From an uncultured Gammaproteobacteria bacterium (GTDB taxonomy: Bacteria; Patescibacteriota; Patescibacteriia; Magasanikbacterales; UBA922): a stretch of 64,000 bases of DNA. A program made the translations under genes and the position numbers. The notes beneath the pieces are model-generated. The model ran no database searches. It was not told the DNA's origin and saw nothing but the letters and a program-made list of their open reading frames with translations. Position 1 is the stretch's first letter; each line of letters opens with the position of its first letter. Location: NCBI GenBank assembly GCA_964345045.1, contig CAYFPM010000002.1, positions 140,330 through 204,329 of the forward strand, given 5' to 3'. Positions 47,365 through 56,053 of this stretch are shown piece after piece.

Positions 47365-49515
47365 ATGATTAAAGAAGCCCAAAATTCTCTCAAGCATTCA
47401 TTTGGTTTCAACAGCTTTTTGCCCACCCAAGAAGAAGTGGTAAAAGCTGTGCTTGCCAAAAAAGATTGCATGGTGCTTATGCCAACCGGGGGTGGTAAAT
47501 CTTTGTGTTACCAATTGCCGGCAACTGTTTTACCCGGACTTACCATTGTAGTTTCTCCATTGATTGCTCTTATGAAAGATCAAGTAGAAAACTTGGTAGA
47601 AAATGGAATCAAAGCAGCTTATATAAATAGCTCGCTTAATCTAGAAGAGGCCAACGAAGTTATGACGGCTGCCAGAGAAGGCGATATAAAATTACTTTAT
47701 ATCTCTCCAGAAAAAATTGTTTCTAGTTTTTTTCAAAACTTTTTAAACAGCATAGACATTAGTTTGTTTGCTGTAGACGAAGCCCATTGTATCTCGGCTT
47801 GGGGACATGATTTTCGTCCGGAGTATACCAAGCTAAGATCTATCAAAGAAAAATTTCCAAACACACCAATTATTGCTCTCACTGCTACAGCCGACAAGTT
47901 AACTCGCAAAGATATTTTGAGTCAGTTAAGACTAAAAGACCCAGAAATTTTTATTTCTTCTTTCGACAGACCAAATTTGCAACTCACTGTTTTGCCAGGA
48001 AAAAACAGGGCTGAAAAAATAATAGATTTTATAAGAAAAAGAAAAAACGAATCTGGGATTGTGTATTGCCTAAGTAGAAAACAAACCGAAAAAATGGCCG
48101 ACGCTTTGGCAAAAGCCGGAATCAAAGCCGAATACTACCATGCTGGTTTAGACAGTAACGAAAGATCGAGAGTTCAAGAGAACTTTGTCCATGGCCGCAC
48201 TCCGGTGATTACAGCCACCATTGCTTTTGGTATGGGAATTGATAAATCAAATGTAAGATATGTTATTCACCACAACTTGCCAAAAAATCTAGAAGGTTAT
48301 TACCAAGAGATTGGCCGGGCTGGTCGTGATGGACTCCCAAGTGAAACTGTCTTATTTTATTCGCTCGCCGATTTGGTTCTGTTAAAAAAATTTGCTCGTG
48401 AATCTGGCCAGCCAGATTTGCAAACCTCCAAATTGGAAAGAATGCAACAATATGCCAATGCTCTTATTTGTAGACGTAGAATTTTACTTTCGTATTTTGG
48501 TGAGCATGTAGAAAACAATTGTGGCAACTGCGACGTGTGCCACAACCCTCCGGAATTTTTTGATGGCAGCAAAACTGCTCAAAAAGTTTTGTCGGCGATT
48601 TATAGATTAAATGAAAAAGCTGGGGTAAACACAGTTATAGATGTGTTGCGTGGTTCTGCTCGCCAAGAAATCATTGCGAATAATTTTCACAAAATCAAAA
48701 CCTATGGCATTGGCAAAGACACTCCGGTAGAACACTGGCAACACTATGTACTGCAAATGATTAATCTAGGTCTACTCGACATTGCTTACGACGATCACAA
48801 TAGTTTGAAAATCACCGAGGCTGGTAGAGACGTGATTTTGGAAGATAAAAAAGTCCAGCTAGTAACAATTAAATCTATTGAAGAGAGAATGGTTGAAGAA
48901 ATTAGTGCTAGCAAAACCAAATCAAAACGCAAAGAAGCCGAAGAAGAACTCTTTGATAAACTTCGTGAGTTGCGCAAGTCTATTGCTCAAGCGGCTGGGG
49001 TACCGCCGTATATTGTATTTAACGATGCTACGCTAGACGAAATGACCGCCCAAATGCCGGCGAGTGAAAAAACTATGAAAAAAATTACTGGTGTGGGTGA
49101 CAAAAAATTTGCTAGCTACGGCAAACAATTTATAAATGTTATTGCCAAGTTTATAAAAGAAAAAGATAAGTCTGGCCAAAAGGTGCAAGGCAGTACCCAA
49201 GATGTAACTTTTGCCTACTACAAGCAGGGCCTACCAGTAGCACAAATTGCCAGAGAAAGAAGCTTGGCCGAACAAACTATTTACAGTCACTTGGCCGAGC
49301 TATATGAAAGAGGTCATGAGATTAATATATCTGAATTTTTGCCAAAGTCAGATTTGAAAAAAATTGTAGCGTCTATAAAGGAAAAAGGCATCCCCAAACA
49401 ACTAAAAACTCTCCACGAGAGATTTGGCGGAGAGTTTGATTATCACAAATTGAAATTGGCTATTGCCCACTACAAAGTAAATTTTGGTGAGCAAGGGGTT
49501 ATACGGTATGATTGA
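47365..49515 (+). CDS. recQ: ATP-dependent DNA helicase RecQ
   Basis: Helicase motifs [19 protein letters not shown] and TATA. Zn-binding CGNCDVC. RQC and HRDC regions. Confidence 0.85.
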   Translation: MIKEAQNSLKHSFGFNSFLPTQEEVVKAVLAKKDCMVLMPTGGGKSLCYQLPATVLPGLTIVVSPLIALMKDQVENLVENGIKAAYINSSLNLEEANEVMTAAREGDIKLLYISPEKIVSSFFQNFLNSIDISLFAVDEAHCISAWGHDFRPEYTKLRSIKEKFPNTPIIALTATADKLTRKDILSQLRLKDPEIFISSFDRPNLQLTVLPGKNRAEKIIDFIRKRKNESGIVYCLSRKQTEKMADALAKAGIKAEYYHAGLDSNERSRVQENFVHGRTPVITATIAFGMGIDKSNVRYVIHHNLPKNLEGYYQEIGRAGRDGLPSETVLFYSLADLVLLKKFARESGQPDLQTSKLERMQQYANALICRRRILLSYFGEHVENNCGNCDVCHNPPEFFDGSKTAQKVLSAIYRLNEKAGVNTVIDVLRGSARQEIIANNFHKIKTYGIGKDTPVEHWQHYVLQMINLGLLDIAYDDHNSLKITEAGRDVILEDKKVQLVTIKSIEERMVEEISASKTKSKRKEAEEELFDKLRELRKSIAQAAGVPPYIVFNDATLDEMTAQMPASEKTMKKITGVGDKKFASYGKQFINVIAKFIKEKDKSGQKVQGSTQDVTFAYYKQGLPVAQIARERSLAEQTIYSHLAELYERGHEINISEFLPKSDLKKIVASIKEKGIPKQLKTLHERFGGEFDYHKLKLAIAHYKVNFGEQGVIRYD

Positions 49516-49517
49516 TT

Positions 49518-49793
49518 TTATTTTCTTTTCTCTATTTCTTTGTAAACAACCGATCTGTGTTCAATGGCAAATATTTTGACTAGTTTTTTCTCAATCCTAA
49601 ATATAACTCTATAACTACCTACTCTTAATTTTCTATATCCCTTTAGCGATCTACGCAAAGGCAAACCGAACAAATCTGGTTCTTTTATTAATTTGTTTTC
49701 AATAGCTAGACGAATTCTTTTTTTTGCTGTTCCTGATAATTTTTTTATATCTTCTTTTACCACTGCTTCGTGATAAACAATCTCGTAACTCAT
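49518..49793 (-). CDS. type II toxin, RelE/ParE family
   Basis: Start MSYEIVYHE. KGYRKLRVGSYRVIFRIE...IFAIEHRS is a typical ParE/RelE sequence. It overlaps the upstream antitoxin gene by 4 nt (49790-49793). Confidence 0.65.
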   Translation of the reverse strand: MSYEIVYHEAVVKEDIKKLSGTAKKRIRLAIENKLIKEPDLFGLPLRRSLKGYRKLRVGSYRVIFRIEKKLVKIFAIEHRSVVYKEIEKRK

Positions 49794-50011
49794 ACCCAAG
49801 CTTCTTCATGAGAGACAAACTTGGATTTTCTTTTGTCTCTAGAGGTTGCTAATTTATCCCACACCACATCTTCTTCTATTTCTAGAGCCAGACTAAGCAA
49901 CTCGGCTGCTTTGGTAGCAGTAGGCACCCCATCTCGACGAGCTACCTTGGTAAGCACAGTGTCTACTGGTTTGGACAAAGTTACATTAATTCTTTTTTTA
50001 TCTGTTGGCAT
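49790..50011 (-). CDS. ribbon-helix-helix antitoxin
   Basis: KRINVTLSKPVDTVLTKVARRDGVPTATKAAELL is an RHH beta-alpha-alpha element. Encoded upstream of the toxin. Confidence 0.55.
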   Translation of the reverse strand: MPTDKKRINVTLSKPVDTVLTKVARRDGVPTATKAAELLSLALEIEEDVVWDKLATSRDKRKSKFVSHEEAWV

Positions 50012-50071
50012 ATATTTAATTTAGATATCACAACCCAAGTGTATCAAAAGTGTATCACCTTGTCAAGTAAA

Positions 50072-50100
50072 ACAAAAACTCTCATTGCTGAGAGTTTTTT
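50072..50100. terminator. bidirectional terminator (ychF 3' end)
   Basis: Hairpin aaactctc-attgc-tgagagttt followed by a T-run. Confidence 0.6.
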
Positions 50101-50104
50101 ATTT

Positions 50105-50122
50105 CCTCCCCTATCAGGGGGG
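50105..50122. repeat. palindrome CCTCCCCTATCAGGGGGG (copy 1 of 3)
   Basis: The same element occurs at 61222 and, in inverted orientation, at 61647. Confidence 0.55.
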
Positions 50123-50129
50123 TAGTTAT

Positions 50130-51200
50130 CTAGGCTATGTGAAAATAGCAAACATCCCCATCTTTCACAAAATAATCCTTCCCTACCAATTGCATCTTCC
50201 CTTTCTCCTTTACACCATTCCAACCACCACAATCTACAAAGTCTTCCCACTCTGCCACATCGGCCTTTACAAACCCTTTTATAAAATCGGTATGAATCAC
50301 TCCGGCTGCTTCTGGCGCTGGAGTTTCTTTTTTTACTGTCCAAGCTCTGGTCTCTTCTACTCCACTGGTAAAATAAGTTACCAGATCTAGCAACTTGTAA
50401 CCAGCCAAAATAATTTTGTCGAGTCCAGATTGATCCATACCCAAGTCAGCCATATACTCTTTGGCCTCTTCTTTACTTAGGTCTGCCAACTCGGCTTCGA
50501 GTCTGGCACAAACAAAAACAACATCTTCACCAAAATCATTTAAAATTTTTGATTTATCATTTATGATTTCGTCAGTATTGACGATATACATCATTGGTTT
50601 CATGCTAAGCAGATGCAGCTCCTTCATAATTTCCATTTCGTCTTCGGTGTATTCCAATTCTCTGGCTGCTTTGCCGTTTTGCAAATGTTCACTTAGCTTT
50701 TCCAAAAGTTCAATTTCTAATTTCACTTCCTTGGCTTGGATTCCTTTGGCTTTTTTCTTGGTATTTTCCAAACGTTTGCTTACTGTTTGCCAATCTGCCA
50801 AAACAAGTTCCAAGTTAATTACATCGGCATCGTCTTTGGGATCAACTTTGTTGTGTACATGGGTAATGTTGCCATCTTCAAAAGCGCGCACTACCTGAGC
50901 AATGGCATCTACCTCACGAATATGGGTTAAAAATTTGTTTCCTAGTCCTTCTCCTTCGGAAGCTCCTTTTACCAGCCCGGCAATATCTACAAACTCTATG
51001 GTAGTAGGAATTGTTTTTTGTGAATTGGAAACTTCGGTCAAAGCTTGTAAGCGATGGTCTGGTACCTCAACAATTCCAACGTTTGGTTCGATAGTGCAGA
51101 ATGGATAATTTTGGGCATCGGCTTGCTTGCTACTAGTTAAAGCATTGAAAAGTGTAGACTTGCCTACATTTGGAAGACCGACAATACCTAAAGACAACAT
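50130..51200 (-). CDS. ychF: ribosome-binding ATPase YchF
   Basis: G1 motif GIVGLPNVGKSTLFNALT. TGS domain at the C-terminus. Confidence 0.85.
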   Translation of the reverse strand: MLSLGIVGLPNVGKSTLFNALTSSKQADAQNYPFCTIEPNVGIVEVPDHRLQALTEVSNSQKTIPTTIEFVDIAGLVKGASEGEGLGNKFLTHIREVDAIAQVVRAFEDGNITHVHNKVDPKDDADVINLELVLADWQTVSKRLENTKKKAKGIQAKEVKLEIELLEKLSEHLQNGKAARELEYTEDEMEIMKELHLLSMKPMMYIVNTDEIINDKSKILNDFGEDVVFVCARLEAELADLSKEEAKEYMADLGMDQSGLDKIILAGYKLLDLVTYFTSGVEETRAWTVKKETPAPEAAGVIHTDFIKGFVKADVAEWEDFVDCGGWNGVKEKGKMQLVGKDYFVKDGDVCYFHIA

Positions 51201-51224
51201 GGTATAAAAATTAGGTTAAAATAA

Positions 51225-51305
51225 AAATGTACGAAATGCGAAAGTTACGAAAATACGAATTAAGTTATTAAATTTTCGTAATTTCGTACAATTCGTAATT
51301 CGTAC
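51225..51305. repeat. palindromic array of TTCGTAMW octamers upstream of ychF
   Basis: ttttcgtaatttcgtacaattcgtaattcgtaca and, on the other side, gtacgaaatgcgaaagttacgaaaatacgaatt. Confidence 0.45.
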
Positions 51306-51312
51306 ATAGCTG

Positions 51313-51386
51313 TGGACCTGAGGGGATTTGAACCCCTGACTTCTACCATGCCATGGTAGCACTCTAGCCAGCTGAGTTACAGGCCC
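51313..51386 (-). tRNA. tRNA-Ala (anticodon GGC)
   Basis: Minus-strand GGGCCTG-TA-ACTC..GAGT-CTACC-ATGGCAT-GGTAG-AAGTC-AGGGG-TTCAAAT-CCCCT-CAGGTCC-A with the G3:U70 alanine identity pair. Confidence 0.75.
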
Positions 51387-51443
51387 TTAGAATGTTAAAC
51401 ATTAAACCACAAACCTTTTTAAAAATCAAGTCTCAGCAAAAAC

Positions 51444-51470
51444 TCTTGACATTTTGTAAGTTGAGTTATA
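51444..51470 (+). promoter_or_regulatory. sigma70-like promoter TTGACA-15-TATAAA
   Basis: TTGACA at 51444-51449 and TATAAA at 51465-51470. Confidence 0.45.
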
Positions 51471-51485
51471 AAGTTAAGCCACAAT

Positions 51486-51640
51486 CAAAAAATATCAAGA
51501 GTGAGGATAGCGACTTGGCGCCACAACCCTCTACCAACCGAGCTTAACTACGGTGGTTCCAACCCCAATGGGAAAGATAGGCCTTTTAAACAAAAGGAAA
51601 ATAAGGAGTTTCTTATCTTATCCGGGTAAGAAATTTTTGT
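51486..51640 (+). ncRNA. candidate SAM-I (S-box) riboswitch with an intrinsic terminator expression platform
   Basis: P1 UAUC/GAUA. J1/2 AAGAG. Segments resembling the S-box consensus (AUCAAGAG, ACCAACC, GGUGnUUCC, GAAAGAUA). A terminator hairpin tttctta-N11-taagaaa plus a U-run lies at 51607-51640, about 75 nt before the ATG. Confidence 0.45.
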
Positions 51641-51716
51641 TTTATATGAGCAATATAAAATAGAAACTTCTTACTCACAAGAGATAAGAAGAAAATAAAG
51701 AACAACGGAGTTCACC

Positions 51717-52649
51717 ATGAAAGACGGAAAAGACACTTATTTCTTCAGCGATTGCTTTCAACACGGAAGCTCCCAATTTGATCCGAATGCCGCCTCCCGA
51801 ACGATGGCTCGCTTTCGCAAGATTAGTAGACAAATCAGGCCAGAAGTATCCCCACCTTTCCTCGACAGACAAGGAGCTTGGCGAGGGACTGACCTAGGTT
51901 TTCTGATGGCCGAGTTGGCTCATCAACACACAGGGCTGGTCATTGGTGGAAATGCTGCCAAGCGAATCCCTGGGAAAAAAAACGGAACTTCTTTTTCTTT
52001 GGCAACGGTAGGTGGCAACCTAATCCTTTCTACTGTGGGCAAAAACACCTACCCAGTAATGGCTCGTCTTCTTGGGCTAGACTCAATCGAAGTTGCCCTC
52101 CTCGATATCGGAAACGCTGCCCAGAAGATGAATGTCCAAAACAAAGAAAGGATGACAACCACTCAATACCGTTCGCTCTGGTTTCAAACAGCGGCTTTGG
52201 CTCAGCTGGCTCACCTCGAAACACTCCCCACTCACCCAAATTCGATCTTCGGCGGGGAAGTAAAAACAATCAAGCCTGACAGCGGAATGCGAATTGTCTA
52301 TATCGATAGCTTCGGAAACTTGAAGCTCTCTGGTAGAAGAAAAGACTTGCCCAAGGGAGAAAGAATCAAGGTCTCTTTCCCAGAAAAAGCACATCGAAAC
52401 CTCTCGCCACTTGGAGCGAACAACACAGCACATATCACAGGTGGAAGGGAAAACGAATTTCAAGTTTCAGTCGGATCAAGTATCCCTACCGAAGCAGGCG
52501 GTCTACTAGAACTCCAAATCCTCGGTGGAACTAGGATAGGAGTCGATACGGCTGCAGACAAAGTTCTAGGGCACTTCCTGGGCGTCCCGGACGTTCGCTG
52601 CCATCACGACCTCATAGGTATCAAAGTGAGGCTCAGCAAAGCCTCCTAA
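51717..52649 (+). CDS. DUF62-like protein (SAM hydroxide adenosyltransferase / SalL-FlA family), GC-rich gene
   Basis: N-terminus FFSDCFQHGSS. Central YRSLWFQTAALAQLA. C-terminal domain IVYIDSFGNLKLS resembles the D.FGN motif of DUF62 enzymes. Foreign-like codon usage. Confidence 0.4.
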   Translation: MKDGKDTYFFSDCFQHGSSQFDPNAASRTMARFRKISRQIRPEVSPPFLDRQGAWRGTDLGFLMAELAHQHTGLVIGGNAAKRIPGKKNGTSFSLATVGGNLILSTVGKNTYPVMARLLGLDSIEVALLDIGNAAQKMNVQNKERMTTTQYRSLWFQTAALAQLAHLETLPTHPNSIFGGEVKTIKPDSGMRIVYIDSFGNLKLSGRRKDLPKGERIKVSFPEKAHRNLSPLGANNTAHITGGRENEFQVSVGSSIPTEAGGLLELQILGGTRIGVDTAADKVLGHFLGVPDVRCHHDLIGIKVRLSKAS

Positions 52650-52673
52650 AACCTTCTATTAGTTTTGGCACAA

Positions 52674-52737
52674 ACGCAGGAAGCAGATTGAGTCTAGTCG
52701 ACAAACCTACGTCGATTGAGATTCTCGCTTCCTGCGT
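52674..52737. repeat. long imperfect hairpin acgcaggaagc...gcttcctgcgt after the DUF62-like gene
   Basis: Arms of about 28 nt with a few mismatches. No T-run follows. Confidence 0.4.
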
Positions 52738-52930
52738 TCGATCCATCTCTAAAAAACAATTATAACAACCTTACAAAAAAAGGTTTTTTATTTGTTTTTT
52801 ATAATTATATTGTACGACATTATTTATTATTTAATTTTAGTCATTTTTTACAAAAAATTAACAAGGGTAACTCTTCCTCCAAAACAATTTTACAAACCAC
52901 TCCTCTCAAACCACACCCTCAGACAAAAAA

Positions 52931-52946
52931 TGTTCCACGTGGAACA
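52931..52946. promoter_or_regulatory. perfect 16-bp palindrome TGTTCCACGTGGAACA (site 1)
   Basis: Exact self-complementary 16-mer with a CACGTG core. It shares flanking sequence ...tttgatt..gattt with site 3. Confidence 0.5.
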
Positions 52947-53089
52947 TTTTGATTCTAGATTTTTGGATTATGATTTCAAAAATCAAACATATCGCACCTC
53001 ACTTCAATTAAACCAAAATTTTACCTTATCTCGGTTTTGTTGGAACAAAATCAAATCAATAATTCCAAGCTCTTACATCTGCAATCATT

Positions 53090-53105
53090 TGTTCCACGTG
53101 GAACA
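53090..53105. promoter_or_regulatory. perfect 16-bp palindrome TGTTCCACGTGGAACA (site 2)
   Basis: Exact copy lying 60 nt downstream of the Ham1-like gene. Confidence 0.5.
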
Positions 53106-53164
53106 AAACAACAGCCTAAAAGCTGTTATTATTTTGTATACAATAGTGTGTACAATTATACTTT

Positions 53165-53773
53165 TTATTTTAAATATTCTTCTATAGATTTATCAAACAC
53201 TTCTTGTAAGTCGCTATATGCCAATAGATTTTCCTCTCTTTTCATTTCTGCATGAAACTTACCCAGTTTCTGGTTGTAGCAAAGTGCTGACAAAGGTAAC
53301 CCTGAAATATAATGGGGTTGATTGTCTACAAGTTTGAAAGCAAATTCTCTATTGTAGGCAAATTCTATTATTTTTCCTTCTGCAGTACAGATAGCAAAGG
53401 CAAAATGCCATTTGCCTCCTGTTAAGTTTTTTTCAACAATTTGTTTGTGCCAATAATCATATATTTCTTTATCTGTGGCTCTGGTCTTACCATCAAAAAT
53501 TCTTCTAGCATGCACCCCTGGTTGCTCAGCTTCTGAGATTTCATCTACAAACAGAGCAATGTCTACAGCCAAAACATCTGTTTTAAATTCACGAGAGTAT
53601 ACACTAGCCTTATATTTGGCGTTTTTTTCGGCAGTTTCAAAAGGCTCCTCAACTTCAAAATCAACAGAAAAATCATTCAAAGACTTAATCTCCAAATTCT
53701 CATATTTGACAAGGTAATGAGAAAAAAATTCCAATTTTCCAGAATTAGTTGTAGCCAAAGTTAATTCTTTCAT
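53165..53773 (-). CDS. Ham1/RdgB-family non-canonical purine NTP pyrophosphatase-like protein
   Basis: N-terminus LATTNSGKLEFF resembles the ITPase motif LATGNxGKxxEF. About 200 aa. Confidence 0.5.
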   Translation of the reverse strand: MKELTLATTNSGKLEFFSHYLVKYENLEIKSLNDFSVDFEVEEPFETAEKNAKYKASVYSREFKTDVLAVDIALFVDEISEAEQPGVHARRIFDGKTRATDKEIYDYWHKQIVEKNLTGGKWHFAFAICTAEGKIIEFAYNREFAFKLVDNQPHYISGLPLSALCYNQKLGKFHAEMKREENLLAYSDLQEVFDKSIEEYLK

Positions 53774-53816
53774 TCAATAAATACTACTGATTACCCAAAG
53801 TAAGAAGACGATCAAT

Positions 53817-53832
53817 TGTTCCACGTGGAACA
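53817..53832. promoter_or_regulatory. perfect 16-bp palindrome TGTTCCACGTGGAACA (site 3, 44 nt upstream of the Ham1-like start)
   Basis: Exact copy in an operator position for the gene at 53165-53773. Confidence 0.5.
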
Positions 53833-53920
53833 ATTTGATTACGGATTTATGAATCTTGATTGCTAAATTTTGGTTGATTAAAGAATATTCCAAAATCAAA
53901 AATCATAATTCAGAAATTCA

Positions 53921-54053
53921 TTGTGCCCCCACCAGCCCGCCAGAGGCGGATCACCCGAAGGGTGAGAATCCCAGCCTCCGGCTGATGACCCGTAGGGTCA
54001 GAACCTAGATTTAGGCGTTAGGAGTGCCTCGTTCCCAGCCTGCCACTGCCTGT
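53921..54053. other. GC-rich structured element of unknown nature next to tRNA-Arg(CCT)
   Basis: A series of short GC hairpins (ccgcc-aga-ggcgg, caccc-gaa-gggtg, gaccc-gta-gggtc, ccta-gatt-tagg). Its end, ggtgggggcaca, repeats the tRNA 3' acceptor sequence gacgggggcaca. Confidence 0.25.
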
Positions 54054-54125
54054 GCCCCCGTCACGAATCGAACGTGAACCCAAAACTTAGGAGGTTTTTG
54101 TTCTATCCATTAAACTACAGGGGCA
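54054..54125 (-). tRNA. tRNA-Arg (anticodon CCT)
   Basis: Minus-strand GCCCCTG-TA-GTTT-AATGGATA-GAAC-A-AAAAC-CTCCTAA-GTTTT-GGGT-TCACG-TTCGATT-CGTGA-CGGGGGC-A. Confidence 0.7.
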
Positions 54126-54170
54126 TTGGCACTGGCGGGCAGGTATCCATTGAACTACAGGGCTTAACTT
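54126..54170 (-). other. partial duplicate of the tRNA-Arg 5' region (GCCCTGTAGTTCAATGGATA)
   Basis: Lies immediately 5' of the tRNA and matches its first 21 nt except for 2 nt. It does not continue into a cloverleaf. Confidence 0.3.
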
Positions 54171-54322
54171 AGGTAAAAATAAGTGTCGTACAATTATTCT
54201 AATGATCTATTCTTACAAACCAGAGTAGGCTATTCAAAAAAATAATTTCTGTTATACTACTTTTACTATATAAACGAACAAACCTAGTCTAGCTAGGTTT
54301 GTGGAAAAAATCAACCTTATAT

Positions 54323-55447
54323 ATGGAAAATATTCTACTTACAATTGTTTCACTCGGTCTTGCTGCCGCTGTAGGCGTAATCTTTTTTATGTTCAAGAAG
54401 TTATCCGATTTGCAGCAAGGCAAAAATTCTGGAGACGAAGAAAAAAACATGTTTGTCATGCTGCAAAACCAAATGCAAGATCTAGCCAAAACTTTTGACA
54501 ACAAAATGGGGGAGACGCACAAAACCATGCACGCCACTCAGCAAGATATTAACAAAACTTTGCAAGAACAATTTGGTCACAATACCCGATTGATCCAAGG
54601 TGTTACGAGCCAAAGCACCAAAATGATTGCAGACATCACCGAGAAACTTACTAGTCTTGATAAAACTAATCAACAAGTGATTGGTTTTTCTGAACAGCTA
54701 AATAACTTGGAAAAAGTTTTGAAAAGCCAAAAACAAAGAGGGAATCTGGGCGAAGCTGGTTTGCAACTAGTGCTAGAAAACATTTTGCCTCCAACTGCTT
54801 TTTCTATTCAGCATAATTTTAAAGATGGTGACACGGTGGACGCAGCTATCTTTACCAAAGATGGGATTATCCCAGTTGATGCCAAATTCTCTTTGGAAAA
54901 TTATCAAAAACTAATTGACGAAACCGATGAAAACCGCAAAGCCACGCTAGAGCGAGAATTTAAAAATGATTTGAAAAAACGCATTGACGAAACTAGTAAA
55001 TACATAAAACCAAAAGAGGGGACACTCGATTTTGCCTTTATGTTTATTCCGAGCGAAGCTATTTATTATGATCTCTTGGTAAACGAAGTTGGCGCTGTCA
55101 AAGTTAACACCAGAGATTTGATTGATTATGCTTTTAATGAAAAGAAAGTGATTATAGTTTCACCAACTACTTTTGCTGCTTACCTCCAAACAGTTTTGCA
55201 AGGTTTGCGCGCACTCAAAATTGAAGAAGGAGCCAAGAGTATACGAAAAAATGTGGAGATGCTGGGTAAACATGTCAAAGCTTACGAAGAATATATGAAA
55301 AAGCTTGGCAGCAGCATGACCACTACTGTAAATCATTACAACACAGCTTACAAAGAACTAGGCAAGATTGATAAAGACGTGATGAAAATAACTGATGGTG
55401 AAAAAATGATTGAGGTGGAGCAGATTGAGCGGCCAAAAGGGGAGTAG
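54323..55447 (+). CDS. rmuC: DNA recombination protein RmuC
   Basis: N-terminal TM helix plus coiled-coil. C-terminal RmuC nuclease-like domain ([34 protein letters not shown]). Confidence 0.75.
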   Translation: MENILLTIVSLGLAAAVGVIFFMFKKLSDLQQGKNSGDEEKNMFVMLQNQMQDLAKTFDNKMGETHKTMHATQQDINKTLQEQFGHNTRLIQGVTSQSTKMIADITEKLTSLDKTNQQVIGFSEQLNNLEKVLKSQKQRGNLGEAGLQLVLENILPPTAFSIQHNFKDGDTVDAAIFTKDGIIPVDAKFSLENYQKLIDETDENRKATLEREFKNDLKKRIDETSKYIKPKEGTLDFAFMFIPSEAIYYDLLVNEVGAVKVNTRDLIDYAFNEKKVIIVSPTTFAAYLQTVLQGLRALKIEEGAKSIRKNVEMLGKHVKAYEEYMKKLGSSMTTTVNHYNTAYKELGKIDKDVMKITDGEKMIEVEQIERPKGE

Positions 55448-55448
55448 T

Positions 55449-55616
55449 ATGCCCAATACAAAAAACACCAAACCCCGTATATACACCATGAGCTTTGCCA
55501 GTGTCTACCCTCACTATATTACCAAAGCAGAGAAAAAGGGACGCACGAAAAAAGAAGTAGATGAAATTATTCGTTGGTTAACAGGTTTGAGACTTTCTTT
55601 GCCGAAGCCAAGCTAA
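55449..55616 (+). CDS. DUF2200-like N-terminal fragment (55 aa), possibly truncated
   Basis: [46 protein letters not shown] then diverges and stops. Full-length family members are about twice as long. Confidence 0.35.
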   Translation: MPNTKNTKPRIYTMSFASVYPHYITKAEKKGRTKKEVDEIIRWLTGLRLSLPKPS

Positions 55617-55657
55617 ATCCTCTGCGGACTGCTATAAACACCTAGTATCTCACCCAG

Positions 55658-55686
55658 CTTGACAAAAAACCCTATTTTCGGTATAA
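55658..55686 (+). promoter_or_regulatory. consensus sigma70 promoter TTGACA-17-TATAAT for rpsT
   Basis: TTGACA at 55658-55663 and TATAAT at 55681-55686. Confidence 0.6.
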
Positions 55687-55760
55687 TGGTCACGCTCTCA
55701 AAAATCGTAAATTTCACTAAGTTTACGACTTACAACTAATCTTTTAGAATAATTCTAATT

Positions 55761-56021
55761 ATGCCAATCAAAAACAGCGCCAAAAAGGCTTTTCGCCAAA
55801 GTCAAAAGCGTACGGCAGAAAACAAAATCGTCAAAGACGCCTACAAACAAGCTGTAAAAGCAGTACTAAAAGCAGTTGAATCTGGTAAAGAGGTAAACGA
55901 AGTAGTTCGTTTGGCTCAAAAGAAACTAGACAAAGCTGCCAAAAAAGGTGTCCTAAAGCCAAACACAGCTTCTCGTAAGTTGTCTAGACTAATGAAAAAA
56001 GTGCACGCTAGTGCCAAATAA
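55761..56021 (+). CDS. rpsT: 30S ribosomal protein S20
   Basis: MPIKNSAKKAFRQSQKRTAENK... with a Lys/Ala-rich helical sequence. Confidence 0.85.
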   Translation: MPIKNSAKKAFRQSQKRTAENKIVKDAYKQAVKAVLKAVESGKEVNEVVRLAQKKLDKAAKKGVLKPNTASRKLSRLMKKVHASAK

Positions 56022-56053
56022 AAAAAACTCCGGCAAATGTCGGAGTTTTTTTA
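56022..56053 (+). terminator. intrinsic terminator after rpsT
   Basis: Hairpin aactccg-gcaaatgt-cggagtt followed by a T7 run. Confidence 0.75.

Noticed and set aside
51480-51575. tRNA-like words (GTAGTTAAGCTCGGTTGGTAGAG on the minus strand)
   Set aside because: They could not be folded into a cloverleaf with a 7-nt anticodon loop and a T-arm. The same sequence fits a SAM-I riboswitch much better.
52792-53255. Plus-strand ORFs (131 and 72 aa) in the AT-rich spacer
   Set aside because: The composition is extreme I/L/F/Y/N, as expected from AT-rich noncoding DNA. The MFHVEHF and LFHVEQ segments are simply translations of the TGTTCCACGTGGAACA palindromes.
53975-54010. CUGAUGA motif suggestive of a hammerhead ribozyme core
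   Set aside because: No GAAA or A15.1 element follows a proper stem II, and stems I and III with a UH cleavage site cannot be formed.
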